Shown: in pieces, positions 9,433 to 18,777 of the stretch | How positions within the stretch are numbered: position 1 is the first letter of the stretch | How the letters are laid out: each line of letters opens with the position of its first letter | DNA from: an uncultured Anaerolineaceae bacterium | GTDB lineage: Bacteria > Chloroflexota > Anaerolineae > Anaerolineales > UBA11579 | Direction of reading: 5' to 3' | Assembly (NCBI GenBank): GCA_964572455.1 | Contig: CAZNFL010000009.1 | Coordinates: forward strand, 443 to 64,442 | Length of the DNA stretch: 64,000 nucleotides | The notes under the pieces: generated by a model | Seen by the model: only the letters and a program-made list of their open reading frames with translations | Databases searched by the model: none | What the model was told of the DNA's origin: nothing | Translations under genes and position numbers: made by a program

Positions 9433-10599
9433 TTGCCGCTCATGCACCACAGCAACCCATTATTTGTCGCCACAACCTCTGCGCAACTTAGCCAGTTGGC
9501 CGGCCGGCTGGCGCAGCAGGAGTTGCTGAGCGTGGACACCGAATCCAACAGCCTGCATGCTTATCGCGAACGGCTGTGCCTGGTGCAATTTTCCTCCGCG
9601 GAAGAGGATGCAGTAGTGGACCCACTGGCTGTCGAAGACCTTTCCCCGCTGGCGGGAATTTTTGCCAATCCTGAAATAGAAAAGATCTTCCACGCCGCTG
9701 AATACGACCTGATCGTGCTCAACCGAGATTATGGCTATCCAGTCGTCAACTTGTTCGATACCATGATCGCCGCCCGTATCCTGGGGCGAAAAAAAGTGGG
9801 GCTGGGCAATTTGCTGGAGGAGGAATTCGGCATCACGCTGGAGAAGCGCTACCAACGCGCCGATTGGGGCGAACGCCCTTTGCGCCGAGAGCTGCTGGAA
9901 TATGCGCGCCTGGATACGCACCACCTGATTGAATTGCGCGACCGGCTAAAGGCCGAGCTGGAGGAGCGCGGCCGCTGGGAGCTGGCCAAGGAGGATTTTG
10001 AGCGCTTGCCGCATCTTGTTCAAGCGGGCAGTGAGGCGCAAGAAACGGAGCAAGGCCCGTGGAATATCAAGGGCGCCCGGGACCTGAGCCCGCGGCAGGC
10101 AGCCATCTTGCAGGAACTGGCCCGTTATCGCGAAGCCAAGGCTGCCGAGGCGGACAAGCCGCTATTCAAGATCATGGGGGATAGCACGCTGAGCGCCATC
10201 GCCGCAGCCCAGCCGCAAAAGCCTGCCGATCTGGAAAGCATCGAAGGCATGACACCCGGCCAGATCCAAAGGCATGGCAAGGGGCTACTTGACGCGGTGA
10301 GACGCGGCGAGCTGGCGCCGCCGCTCAAGCGGCCGCGCCGCGCACCGTATGATGAAGCCTACGTGGAGCGGGTGGAGAAGCTGCGCCTGTGGCGCAAGAA
10401 AGCCGCCGAGGAGCTGGAGGTAGAGTCCGACGTGGTGCTGCCGCGCGATCTGATGCACGCGGTGGGGCGCGCCAACCCGCGCGATCTGGCCGAATTGGCG
10501 CCCATCATGGCGAGCGTGCCCTGGCGAATGGAGAATTATGGGGAGCAGATGCTGAAGGCGCTAAAAGAGCCAGCTCCGCAAAGGAATAAGCAGAGCTAG
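9433..10599 (+). CDS. rnd: ribonuclease D (DEDD 3'-5' exonuclease + HRDC)
   Basis: LSVDTESNSL, IFHAAEYDL and YARLDTHHL (DEDDy motifs). C-terminal HRDC-like region LFKIMGDSTLSAIA. Confidence 0.8.
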   Translation: MPLMHHSNPLFVATTSAQLSQLAGRLAQQELLSVDTESNSLHAYRERLCLVQFSSAEEDAVVDPLAVEDLSPLAGIFANPEIEKIFHAAEYDLIVLNRDYGYPVVNLFDTMIAARILGRKKVGLGNLLEEEFGITLEKRYQRADWGERPLRRELLEYARLDTHHLIELRDRLKAELEERGRWELAKEDFERLPHLVQAGSEAQETEQGPWNIKGARDLSPRQAAILQELARYREAKAAEADKPLFKIMGDSTLSAIAAAQPQKPADLESIEGMTPGQIQRHGKGLLDAVRRGELAPPLKRPRRAPYDEAYVERVEKLRLWRKKAAEELEVESDVVLPRDLMHAVGRANPRDLAELAPIMASVPWRMENYGEQMLKALKEPAPQRNKQS

Positions 10600-10700
10600 A
10601 ATTGCAGAATCTTTTATTTTTGGAAAATAAGGTTGTATGGATTTCTCGCTTTATTGATTCTCTAACTGGTAAAGACTTCGTTATGCCACTCGGAATGACA
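10600..10700 (+). repeat. family A intergenic repeat copy
   Basis: aattgcagaat...gtatggatttctcgct...cactcggaatgaca, directly after the rnd stop. Confidence 0.75.
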
Positions 10701-10736
10701 AGTCTAAGACAATGATGAGAAAGTGATCAGGTAAGC

Positions 10737-12134
10737 ATGCAACTTCATTTTTTCGGCGCAGCGCAAACGGTCACCGGCTCCCAGCACCTACTAGAGGTGA
10801 ACGGCCACAAGATCATGCTGGACTGCGGAATGTACCAAGGGCCTCGCAGGGAAATGGTGACACGCAACCGCAGCTTCCATTTCGACCTTGGCACACTGGA
10901 TGCCATGCTGCTATCGCATGGGCATATTGACCACAGCGGCAACCTGCCCAACCTGGTGAAGAACGGCTACGGCGGCCCGATCTACGCCCAACGCGCCTCC
11001 AGCCACCTGACCCGGCTTATGCTGGAGGACTCCGCCCACATCCAGGAGGCGGACGCCGAACATCTCAACCGCCGGCGAGCCAAGCAAGGCGGGCCGCCGG
11101 TGGAGCCGCTGTACACCGCCGCGGACGCGGCGCAGGCCAACAGCCAATTCGTGGAGCGGGACTATGACGAAAGTTTCGAGGTTGTCCCCGGCGTGCGGGC
11201 AACTTTCGTGGAGGCGGGCCACATCCTGGGCTCCACGGCCATCGTGCTGGACATTGAGGAGAAGGGGCGCCGCCACCGCTTGTGGTTCTCCGGCGACATC
11301 GGCCGCGCCGAACTGCCCATCATCCGCTCTCCCAAGCTCCCTTCCGCAGTCGACACGCTGTTGATGGAATGCACCTACGGGGACCGCAGCCATCCCTCGC
11401 CCGCCCAGGCCTATGAGCAGTTGCGCGCGATTGTGAGCGACACGATCGGGCGCGGCGGCAAGGTCATCATCCCTGCCTTTGCGGTGGGCCGCACGCAGGA
11501 GATCGTGTACAGCCTGCACCGCATGGTGGTGGCTGGTGAGATCCCGCGTGTGCCGGTGTTTGTGGACAGCCCCCTGGCGGTTAATGTGACCGATATCTTC
11601 CGCGACCACCCCGAGTGCTTTGACGAGGAGACCCGCGCTTTTATAGAGTCCGATGTGAAGCGCGAAGCGCTGGGTTTTGAGATGCTCACCTACATTCGCT
11701 CCGTCGAGGAATCGAAGGCACTAAACGGCCGCAAGGAGCCGATGATCATCATTTCAGCCTCGGGCATGCTAGAAGTGGGGCGGGTGCTGCACCATTTGGA
11801 GAACAACGTGCACGACGTGAACAGCGTGGTGCTGATCGTCTCGTGGATGGCGCCGCACACACTGGGGCGGCGCCTGGTGGAGGGCGAGACGCGCATCAAG
11901 ATCTTCGGTGAGGAGTATGAGCGCAAGATCCGCGTGGCGCATATCGACGGTTTTTCGGGACACGCTGGCCAAAACGGCTTGCGCGATTACGCGCTGGCTA
12001 CCAAGGAAACCGTGCGCAACGTGTTCCTGGTGCATGGGGAGGCCGGCCCGGCGCAGGCGCTGACGGGCTTGCTGGCGGCGGACGGCTTCGGCAGCGTGCA
12101 CTATCCGGTCTGGGGCAGCAGCGCGGAGCTGTAG
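10737..12134 (+). CDS. MBL-fold beta-CASP ribonuclease
   Basis: LSHGHIDHSGNLP (HxHxDH) followed by a beta-CASP region and C-terminal FLVHGE. Confidence 0.8.
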   Translation: MQLHFFGAAQTVTGSQHLLEVNGHKIMLDCGMYQGPRREMVTRNRSFHFDLGTLDAMLLSHGHIDHSGNLPNLVKNGYGGPIYAQRASSHLTRLMLEDSAHIQEADAEHLNRRRAKQGGPPVEPLYTAADAAQANSQFVERDYDESFEVVPGVRATFVEAGHILGSTAIVLDIEEKGRRHRLWFSGDIGRAELPIIRSPKLPSAVDTLLMECTYGDRSHPSPAQAYEQLRAIVSDTIGRGGKVIIPAFAVGRTQEIVYSLHRMVVAGEIPRVPVFVDSPLAVNVTDIFRDHPECFDEETRAFIESDVKREALGFEMLTYIRSVEESKALNGRKEPMIIISASGMLEVGRVLHHLENNVHDVNSVVLIVSWMAPHTLGRRLVEGETRIKIFGEEYERKIRVAHIDGFSGHAGQNGLRDYALATKETVRNVFLVHGEAGPAQALTGLLAADGFGSVHYPVWGSSAEL

Positions 12135-12178
12135 CACATTAAAACCTGACAGCCACTCTACTCGGAAGATGAGGTTAT

Positions 12179-12739
12179 ATGGGAAAAATCGTATTGGGAA
12201 TGACAATGTCTTTGGACGGTTACATAAATGATCGCGACGGAAGCACGGAGGGTTTATATCCTGACCTCGAAACGCTGCGGTACACGGAGCCTCTGAAAGA
12301 GCAGATCCAAAATACCGGAGCGGTGGTTATGGGGCGAAATTCGTTTGACATGGCAGAAGACCCCGATGAGTTGGCGGGCAACTACGAGTTTCAAGTGCCC
12401 ATATTCGTGCTGACGCACAAACCACCCAAGAAGCAGCCGAAAGAAACCGATCAACTAACCTTTACATTCGTAACGGATGGAATTGAGAGCGCTATAAAGC
12501 AGGCGAGGGATGCGGCAGGCGACAAAGATATTACAGTCATTGGCGCCGCAATTACCGCCCAGCAATGCATAAGGGCAGGTCTTGTCGACGTGCTGGAGGT
12601 CGACATTATGCCTGTGCTTCTCGGCGGAGGATTGAAGCATTTTGATGGCTTGGGTCCGGAACAAATTAAGCTCGAAAGAACGAAAGTGGTGGAGCTACCT
12701 AACGGGCGAACTCATTTGCGGTTCCGCGTTATCAAATGA
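12179..12739 (+). CDS. dihydrofolate reductase family protein (RibD C-terminal domain type)
   Basis: N-terminal VLGMTMSLDGYINDRDGS and C-terminal VDVLEVDIMPVLLGGG, typical of the family. Confidence 0.7.
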   Translation: MGKIVLGMTMSLDGYINDRDGSTEGLYPDLETLRYTEPLKEQIQNTGAVVMGRNSFDMAEDPDELAGNYEFQVPIFVLTHKPPKKQPKETDQLTFTFVTDGIESAIKQARDAAGDKDITVIGAAITAQQCIRAGLVDVLEVDIMPVLLGGGLKHFDGLGPEQIKLERTKVVELPNGRTHLRFRVIK

Positions 12740-12774
12740 GAGGGCGCCGATAGCCAGCCGTTATAATCCTCGGC

Positions 12775-12862
12775 GGAGAGGTGCCAGAGTGGACGAATGG
12801 GGCGGTCTCGAAAACCGTTGTGGTCCTTTGGGCCACCGAGGGTTCGAATCCCTCCCTCTCCG
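12775..12862 (+). tRNA. tRNA-Ser (anticodon CGA)
   Basis: 88 nt. Acceptor GGAGAGG/CCTCTCC, anticodon stem GCGGT/ACCGT with loop CTCGAAA, long variable arm, T-arm GAGGGTTCGAATCCCTC. No encoded CCA. Confidence 0.9.
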
Positions 12863-12966
12863 CTACACAGGCGCTGACGCAGGTACTTCGCACCTGCTAA
12901 TGAAGTTGCTACCGGGCTAACGCCCGCTAACGCAACGTCCAGCGCTTTTGATAAAGTACCTTCGCC

Positions 12967-13554
12967 ATGAAACCCACCCGACTCGAGGCTTTCAGTGACG
13001 GCGTTATTGCGATCGTCATCACCATCATGGTTCTGGAGTTGCGCGCTCCGGCAGGCGCCGAGTTAAACGACCTGCGTCCGCTGCTGCCCGTTTTCCTGGC
13101 TTACGTTTTGAGCTTCGTCTTTATCAGTATTTATTGGAACAACCACCATCACTTGATCCAGGCCACGCGGCGGGTGAGTGGCGGCATTATGTGGGCCAAC
13201 ATTCACCTGCTATTTTGGCTCTCGATCATTCCTTTTACGACCAGTTGGATGAGCAGCCACCCGGGCGAACTATGGCCAACGGTGCTTTATGGCATCAATC
13301 TGCTCATGCCAGGCTTTGCCTTCCGCCTGCTGGTCTCGGCGATCATTCGCGAGCATGGCCCAGATTCGGATATCGCCCGCGCCATTGGCTCTGACCTGAA
13401 AGGCTACGCCTCACTTTTCTTTTATATGCTCGCTATTGTGGTGGCTTTCTTCAATCCGTGGATCTCGTACCTTATCTACGCGGGCGTGGCGGTGATCTGG
13501 CTTATCCCGGACCGGCGGGTGGAGGGGATCGGCCGGGAGAAGGCGGATGGCTAA
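12967..13554 (+). CDS. TMEM175-family (DUF1211) potassium channel-like membrane protein
   Basis: RLEAFSDGVIAIVITIMVLEL signature helix and six predicted TM segments. Confidence 0.7.
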   Translation: MKPTRLEAFSDGVIAIVITIMVLELRAPAGAELNDLRPLLPVFLAYVLSFVFISIYWNNHHHLIQATRRVSGGIMWANIHLLFWLSIIPFTTSWMSSHPGELWPTVLYGINLLMPGFAFRLLVSAIIREHGPDSDIARAIGSDLKGYASLFFYMLAIVVAFFNPWISYLIYAGVAVIWLIPDRRVEGIGREKADG

Positions 13555-14083
13555 GTACGCCGCCTTCCTGCGCGGCATCAACGTGGGCGGGCGCACGATC
13601 AAGATGGACAAGCTGCGCCAGGTGTTAGAGGAGCAAAGCTTCGATCATGTGAAGACCCTGCTGGCCAGCGGCAACCTAGTGCTCGAAAGCAAAGCCGGCG
13701 CCCCGGCGGTGCGCGCCAAAATAGAGCTGGCGATCAAAGACGCCTTCGGCTTTGAGGTGCACGTGATCGTGCGCAGCGCCCAAGAGGTCCTGGACCTGGT
13801 GAAGGAAAACCCATTCAAAGGGGTCAAGGTGACACCCAAGACCCGGCTGTACGTCACCTTTCTGTCCAATCCGCCGAAAACGAAGTTGAAACCTCCCTAT
13901 ACATCGCTGGGCGGCGATTACCAAATTCTAGAAGTCACCAAGGGCCACGTCGTCAGCGTATTAACCCTCACGCCGAAGAGCGGTACGGTGAAGGCTATGG
14001 AGATCCTGGGCAAGGAATTTGGAGCCGAGGTCACCACGCGCAATTGGAACACGATCGGAAAGCTAGCCAAATTGCTGGGTTAG
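13547..14083 (+). CDS. DUF1697 domain protein
   Basis: MAKYAAFLRGINVGGRTIKMDKLRQVLEE is the family hallmark. Confidence 0.7.
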   Translation: MAKYAAFLRGINVGGRTIKMDKLRQVLEEQSFDHVKTLLASGNLVLESKAGAPAVRAKIELAIKDAFGFEVHVIVRSAQEVLDLVKENPFKGVKVTPKTRLYVTFLSNPPKTKLKPPYTSLGGDYQILEVTKGHVVSVLTLTPKSGTVKAMEILGKEFGAEVTTRNWNTIGKLAKLLG

Positions 14084-14100
14084 GGAGGGATTTCAGTCAG

Positions 14101-14691
14101 GTGAAACCGGTTTTCTTTACAAACCCGACCAAGTTTCGCAGCTGGCTGGCCGTCAACCACGGCAAGGCCAGCCAGCTGCTGGTCGGTTTCCACCGGGTCG
14201 GCAGCGGCAAGCCCAGCCTCACCTGGCCTGAGTCGGTGGACGAGGCGCTGTGCTATGGGTGGATCGATGGGCTGCGCAAGGGCATTGATGCCGACAGCTA
14301 CACCATTCGCTTCAGCCCGCGGCGGCCGGGCAGCTTTTGGAGCAAGAAGAACATCGCCAGCGCCAAACGCCTGATCAGGGCAGGCTGCATGCGGGCGGCG
14401 GGTCTGAAAGCGTTCAAGGCGCGGCTGGGCGAAAAGTCCGGTGCCTATTCATTCGAGCAAGACGAGATTCCCCCGTTCAATGCGGCAATGATGAAGCCTT
14501 TCAAAGCAAAGAAAGGCGCCTGGGATTTCTTCAGCGCCCAGCCGCCCGGCTACCAGAAGACCTTGCGCCACTGGGTGCTCAGCGCCAAGCAGGCGGAAAC
14601 TCAGCTGAAGCGCTTGGATCGGATCGTCGACATGTCGGCGCAAAAGCGGCGTGTTGACCTGGAGGCGCCTTTTGGCAAACGCAAAGGCTAA
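14101..14691 (+). CDS. YdeI/OmpD-associated family protein
   Basis: FRSWLAVNHGKASQLLVGFH...CYGWIDGLRK...FWSKKN. GTG start at 14101 lies behind the GGGAGGGA RBS. Confidence 0.65.
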   Translation: MKPVFFTNPTKFRSWLAVNHGKASQLLVGFHRVGSGKPSLTWPESVDEALCYGWIDGLRKGIDADSYTIRFSPRRPGSFWSKKNIASAKRLIRAGCMRAAGLKAFKARLGEKSGAYSFEQDEIPPFNAAMMKPFKAKKGAWDFFSAQPPGYQKTLRHWVLSAKQAETQLKRLDRIVDMSAQKRRVDLEAPFGKRKG

Positions 14692-14695
14692 ACCA

Positions 14696-15079
14696 GTGAA
14701 GAAGGCGAGCCCAAGCTCTGAACGTTGGACCGTAGCGCGCTATCTAAGCGACAAGAAACCCGGGCCCGTGCGCCTGTTCCGCACCTTCGAAAAGATGGTC
14801 AAAGCCTGCGGGTCAAGTAAGACCGAGGCGCACAAGAGCGTAGTCTACTGGAAAGACAAGCGAATTTTTGCCGGCGCGTTCGTCACCTCCAAGCGCTTGG
14901 AGATCGTCATCGACCTGCGCCGCCGCGTGCCCCACCCCACGCTGCGCGTGGCCTGGAATACTACGTTAAAGGTAGTCACCCATCGCATGAAGATCGAACG
15001 CGAGGAAGAGTTGGATGACACGATCGCAAAGCTATTACGCGAGGCTTACATCACAGTAGGACCCGGGACGAAGGATTGA
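14696..15079 (+). CDS. DUF5655-like small protein
   Basis: ERWTVARYL...VRLFRTFEKMV...LEIVIDLRR. Start uncertain (GTG 14696 chosen; the ORF track gives 14651). Confidence 0.5.
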   Translation: MKKASPSSERWTVARYLSDKKPGPVRLFRTFEKMVKACGSSKTEAHKSVVYWKDKRIFAGAFVTSKRLEIVIDLRRRVPHPTLRVAWNTTLKVVTHRMKIEREEELDDTIAKLLREAYITVGPGTKD

Positions 15080-15329
15080 GCATGAGCGCCAATGATTGGT
15101 CCCGCGTCGAACGCCCACGCCAGCCGATGCCGGCGGACGTGCGCGCCGCGCTGGAGCACCGCGGCCTGATGGCGAAATATCGCCAACGGCCGCCTTACCA
15201 GCAGAACGAGATCTGGGCTGGCTGGCGCGCGCCAAGGGTCCCGAGACGCGGCAGAAACGGCTGGATCAGATGCTGGACGAATTAGAAAAGGGCGGGGTAT
15301 ATATGAATATGAAGTGGCATGGCAAATAA
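15076..15329 (+). pseudogene. YdeI C-terminal-like small protein interrupted by a frameshift
   Basis: Frame 1 (15076-) reads PMPADVRAALEHRGLMAKYRQRPPYQQN. Frame 2 (to 15329) reads DLGWLARAKGPETRQKRLDQMLDELEKGGVYM. The two join if one nt is added near 15208-15211. Confidence 0.6.
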
Positions 15330-15369
15330 TCCGCGGATGAACGCGGACTATTATTCTTTATGGCATTAA

Positions 15370-15924
15370 CTACCGAAGCAATTTGGCCATCTCATTGAAC
15401 TTCATTTGCGTAGCAAGTTCTAAGGGGCTCTTGCCATCGTAAGTCTTTACTTCTTTTGAAGCGCCATGCTCGAGGATCCAGGCTGCCAGCGGCAGCCGGT
15501 TCTTCATTACTGCGCCTAACAAGGAGTTCTTCACTTCCTCCTGTGCGCCGGCATCCCACAGCAGCCGCATGAGTTCGATATCCCCGCTCAGCGCGGCATG
15601 GAAGGCCAGTGGAATATTATGCGCCCCGCCTAAATGGGCTAACTTGGGATCCATCTCCAGCGCCTCCTTAACCACCTCGCGGCGCCCAAGCATGGCCGCC
15701 GCGGCCAGCTCCAACTCGGCGCCAGAGGCCAGCAGCAGCTCGGCAATATCGGCGCGGCCCATGTGGCCGGCCGCGGCCAAGGCGGATTCGCCCAGCACCG
15801 GGTTATAGGCCCGGGCCAGCGCCGGGTTGGCGGCCAGCTTGCTCGCCACGGCCGCCGGGTCGAAGTGGCACTCCAGGATGAACTGATTGGCTTCTTCTTG
15901 AGTGAAGGTTTCCGGCATGATCAC
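15370..15924 (-). CDS. ankyrin repeat protein
   Basis: Several ~33-aa repeats with G-sALh.AA..G+.-hh.hLL..GA. Confidence 0.75.
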   Translation of the reverse strand: MIMPETFTQEEANQFILECHFDPAAVASKLAANPALARAYNPVLGESALAAAGHMGRADIAELLLASGAELELAAAAMLGRREVVKEALEMDPKLAHLGGAHNIPLAFHAALSGDIELMRLLWDAGAQEEVKNSLLGAVMKNRLPLAAWILEHGASKEVKTYDGKSPLELATQMKFNEMAKLLR

Positions 15925-16029
15925 TCCTCAAACAGCACTGGCCCCGACACGGGGCCAGCGCTGCTATTTTCCTGCTGGCTGATAGGGAAACAGAACGACG
16001 CTTAATATAAAACCAAATGAGCGGCAGGC

Positions 16030-16272
16030 TCAGGCTGTGGCAGCCTGCGGCACCATGCCCTGCAAAACCATCTCCAGGGCCATGGTGTGGCTGCAGCGGT
16101 CCCGGCCAACAAAGAATTCGCAATCGCAATGCCAGGCCCCGTCTTTAAATTCGACGTGGTGCGGGTTATTCACACCGGTGAAATTGACCACCAGGGATTC
16201 GACCCGCATGCGGTCACGTTCCTCGGCATAGCTCTTGGCTTTTTCATATTTGCGCATCAAACCTGTGTCCAT
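16030..16272 (-). CDS. SWIM zinc-finger small protein
   Basis: WHCDCEFFVGRDRCSHTMAL matches CxCx(n)CxH. Confidence 0.6.
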   Translation of the reverse strand: MDTGLMRKYEKAKSYAEERDRMRVESLVVNFTGVNNPHHVEFKDGAWHCDCEFFVGRDRCSHTMALEMVLQGMVPQAATA

Positions 16273-16296
16273 CGCCGGCTCTCCTTTGTAGTGAAC

Positions 16297-16327
16297 AAAA
16301 AAAGCACGCGCGCCGCGCGTGCTTTTG
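16297..16327 (-). terminator. rho-independent terminator
   Basis: GC stem agcacgcgcg/cgcgcgtgct followed by a T-run on the minus strand, downstream of the 16456 gene. Confidence 0.7.
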
Positions 16328-16455
16328 AATTAACTCTCGACTGCCTGCTTGAAAGCCAGAAGTCTCATAAAAGAGGCTTTCTCCTTGCGGTCAGTATAAA
16401 CCCTTGAACCCAGCCAGTCAACGACGGCAAGCCTACGCTTAGGCTACGGCGTACG

Positions 16456-16794
16456 CTAGACTACGGGAATACCGTCCAGCCGGTCCTTTTGGGAGCCGCC
16501 TCGGCCGGTAACCAGCGCCGATCCGCGATAGTTTTCCACCAGGCGCACCGGCAGGGTCAGGTCGAACTCGCTGGCCAGGAATTCCCGGCGGCTGCCCACG
16601 TAAAAGCGCTTGCGTTTCTTGAGCCGCTCGACTAAGGCATCCCGGTCGAGCAGGACCACATCGGACCAAGTGGGGCCACGGCGTTCATAGGCCCGCACCC
16701 AGGCCAGCGTTCCGTCAGGGTTGAAATGGGCGGCCTCGATGACGCCATCCAGCTTTTTGAGCTGCTTTGATCTGCGTTTGGCCTTAGTTTTCAT
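16456..16794 (-). CDS. hypothetical basic protein
   Basis: 112 aa starting MKTKAKRRSKQLKK. Start moved to ATG 16794 because the ORF-track extension runs through the tRNA gene. Confidence 0.55.
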   Translation of the reverse strand: MKTKAKRRSKQLKKLDGVIEAAHFNPDGTLAWVRAYERRGPTWSDVVLLDRDALVERLKKRKRFYVGSRREFLASEFDLTLPVRLVENYRGSALVTGRGGSQKDRLDGIPVV

Positions 16795-16796
16795 AG

Positions 16797-16870
16797 TCGG
16801 GGTGGCCGGATTTGAACCGGCGACCACCGCGTCCCAAACGCGGTGCGCTACCAGGCTGCGCTACACCCCG
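16797..16870 (-). tRNA. tRNA-Pro (anticodon TGG)
   Basis: 74 nt. CGGGGTG/CACCCCG acceptor, anticodon stem CCGCG/CGCGG with loop TTTGGGA, T-arm GCCGGTTCAAATCCGGC. Confidence 0.9.
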
Positions 16871-17030
16871 CAGCCCAAGAAGTATACTCGCGGCCTCGAG
16901 GGGTAGTCAAGAAAAAGACAGTCAGGGAGTAGTGATCAGTGAATAGTAATCAGGAAAGCCAGATTCCTGATAGCGGATTGCTGATGCCTGCAAGGAATAG
17001 ACTATACTGCCAACCCATTAGCCATTCGCC

Positions 17031-17705
17031 ATGATCCCCCTGCGAGATAGCAACCGTTCCTACCATTTTCCGGTGATGAACTGGCTGCTCATCGCCGCCA
17101 ACGCACTGGTGTTCTTCTACGAACTAAGCTTGTCCAACGGCCAACTGGAACAGTTCATCGGTGAATATGCACTAGTGCCAGCGCGCATCGAGAATGCCCC
17201 GATCGCCTTTGGCATCACCATCTTCACCAGTATGTTCTTGCATGCGGGCTGGTTTCACGTCCTCAGCAACGTCTGGGTGCTGTTCATCTTTGGGGATAAC
17301 GTGGAGGACCGTATGGGGTCCCTGCCCTATCTGGTCTTTTATTTGCTTTGCGGCCTGGCGGCCGGCCTGCTGCAGACCTATTTGACATCCGGCAGCAACG
17401 TGCCGGTGCTGGGGGCCAGCGGCGCCATCGCCGGGGTGCTGGGGGCCTACGTGCTTCTTTTCCCGCGGGCGCGGGTGGTTACCCTGGTGCCTATTATCTT
17501 TTTCCTTTCGATCATCGAGGTCCCGGCCATCCTTTTCCTCGGCTTCTGGTTCTTTTCCCAACTATTCTCTGGATTGGCATCCATCGGCGCCGAGGCCGTC
17601 CAGGGCGTTGCCTGGTGGGCGCACATCGGCGGCTTTGCGGTAGGCCTGGTGCTGTGTTCGTTCTTCCTGCGGCGACCACCGCCCCGCCAAGTTGAATTCA
17701 TATAA
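17031..17705 (+). CDS. rhomboid family intramembrane serine protease
   Basis: FLHAGWFHVLSNVWVLFIFG, GASGAIAGVLGAY (catalytic Ser), WWAHIGGF (His). Confidence 0.9.
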   Translation: MIPLRDSNRSYHFPVMNWLLIAANALVFFYELSLSNGQLEQFIGEYALVPARIENAPIAFGITIFTSMFLHAGWFHVLSNVWVLFIFGDNVEDRMGSLPYLVFYLLCGLAAGLLQTYLTSGSNVPVLGASGAIAGVLGAYVLLFPRARVVTLVPIIFFLSIIEVPAILFLGFWFFSQLFSGLASIGAEAVQGVAWWAHIGGFAVGLVLCSFFLRRPPPRQVEFI

Positions 17706-17726
17706 CAGCCCGTGTTAAAATGAGAC

Positions 17727-18158
17727 ATGACTTTTCCCCCGGCAAGCCCTAAACCCGTTCCGATCGCCAACCCGAAAACCCGCCGCGCCCATCGCGGCGA
17801 AGTATTCTGGCAGATCCTGCTGCCGCTGTTCGCTGGCGTTCTTGGCGGCGGCTTCCTTATTTACCTGCTGCTGGCCGGCGGTTCCGGCAGCATCGAGCGC
17901 GGCGCACAGATCGCCATTATCCTGTTGGCGCTGCCCACCTTGCTGCTGGGCTTTGCCTTGCTGGCCTTGCTGCTGGTGCTGAACGGCGGCATCGTCAAGC
18001 TGCTAAGCTGGCTGCCCTCACAAGCAGCCCGCGCCCAGCGCGCTGTGGAAACGGTCAACGCCGGCACGCAAAGGACCGCTTCAACCATTATGCGGGCCTT
18101 TATGAAAGTGGATTCGTGGGGCACTGCGGCCCGCAAAGTATTCAAGCGCAACAAGTAG
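17727..18158 (+). CDS. hypothetical membrane protein
   Basis: Two long hydrophobic helices; no recognisable motif. Confidence 0.5.
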   Translation: MTFPPASPKPVPIANPKTRRAHRGEVFWQILLPLFAGVLGGGFLIYLLLAGGSGSIERGAQIAIILLALPTLLLGFALLALLLVLNGGIVKLLSWLPSQAARAQRAVETVNAGTQRTASTIMRAFMKVDSWGTAARKVFKRNK

Positions 18159-18168
18159 AGGGAAGCTT

Positions 18169-18384
18169 ATGGCAGGCAAACGTCCCAATCCGCAAGTCCT
18201 GATCATCAGCGCCATCGTAGGCGCGGTAGTGGGCGTGGCCGCCGGCATGACGCTTCTCAAGCGCGCCGAATCCGACGAGGAGGAGCGCCCCATGCTAACC
18301 GCGGCCGAAGGCATGAGCCTGGGCATGCTGGTCGTCGGGTTGCTCAGGCAGATCTCCAACCTGGGCGCCGAGAAAAAGAAGTGA
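18169..18384 (+). CDS. small membrane protein
   Basis: 71 aa with one TM helix (VLIISAIVGAVVGVAAGM). Confidence 0.45.
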   Translation: MAGKRPNPQVLIISAIVGAVVGVAAGMTLLKRAESDEEERPMLTAAEGMSLGMLVVGLLRQISNLGAEKKK

Positions 18385-18413
18385 GTTCGCGCAACTATTG
18401 AAAGGAGAAGCTC

Positions 18414-18698
18414 ATGGCACACGTACTCGTTCGGGTTAAAGTAAAGGACCAGGCAGAGTGGAGGAAGGGGTTTGAGGAAGCCTCCTCGCTACGCAAGAAG
18501 TTTGGATCGAAAGGCGTGCACGCTTACGCCTCGGCGGATGACCCCAATGCCATCGTCATCATGGGAAAATATGAGAGTTTGGACAAGGCCCGCGAGATGT
18601 TCCAGTCCCAGGAATTCCGAGACGTAGCCCAGCGAGCAGGGGTTGTCGGTCCACCTGAAGTGACCTATTTGACTAAAATAGTCAAGCTGGACACGTAA
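18414..18698 (+). CDS. hypothetical small protein (ferredoxin-like/ABM-type fold suspected)
   Basis: 94 aa with a GGAG RBS. The pattern VLVRVKVKD...W...F...AIVIMGKYESLDKAREM resembles dimeric alpha-beta barrel proteins. Confidence 0.45.
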   Translation: MAHVLVRVKVKDQAEWRKGFEEASSLRKKFGSKGVHAYASADDPNAIVIMGKYESLDKAREMFQSQEFRDVAQRAGVVGPPEVTYLTKIVKLDT

Positions 18699-18720
18699 AA
18701 TCCATTTTTTTTTGGAAATA

Positions 18721-18748
18721 AAAGGCCTTGCACAAAGGCCTTTTTTGT
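18721..18748 (+). terminator. rho-independent terminator
   Basis: aaggcc...ggcctt stem followed by TTTTTT. Confidence 0.7.
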
Positions 18749-18760
18749 TTTAGAATGACT

Positions 18761-18774
18761 AACGAACGTTCGTT
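18761..18774. promoter_or_regulatory. candidate TetR operator
   Basis: Perfect 14-bp palindrome AACGAACGTTCGTT, 4 nt before the TetR ATG and just after a TAGAAT -10-like box. Confidence 0.5.
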
Positions 18775-18777
18775 TGT

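Noticed and set aside
10911-11609. 232-aa minus-strand ORF inside the beta-CASP RNase gene; similar cases at 31132-31938, 33269-34108, 19353-19847 and 40422-41123
   Set aside because: All are antisense to genes with strong family motifs, and all have shadow-ORF composition.
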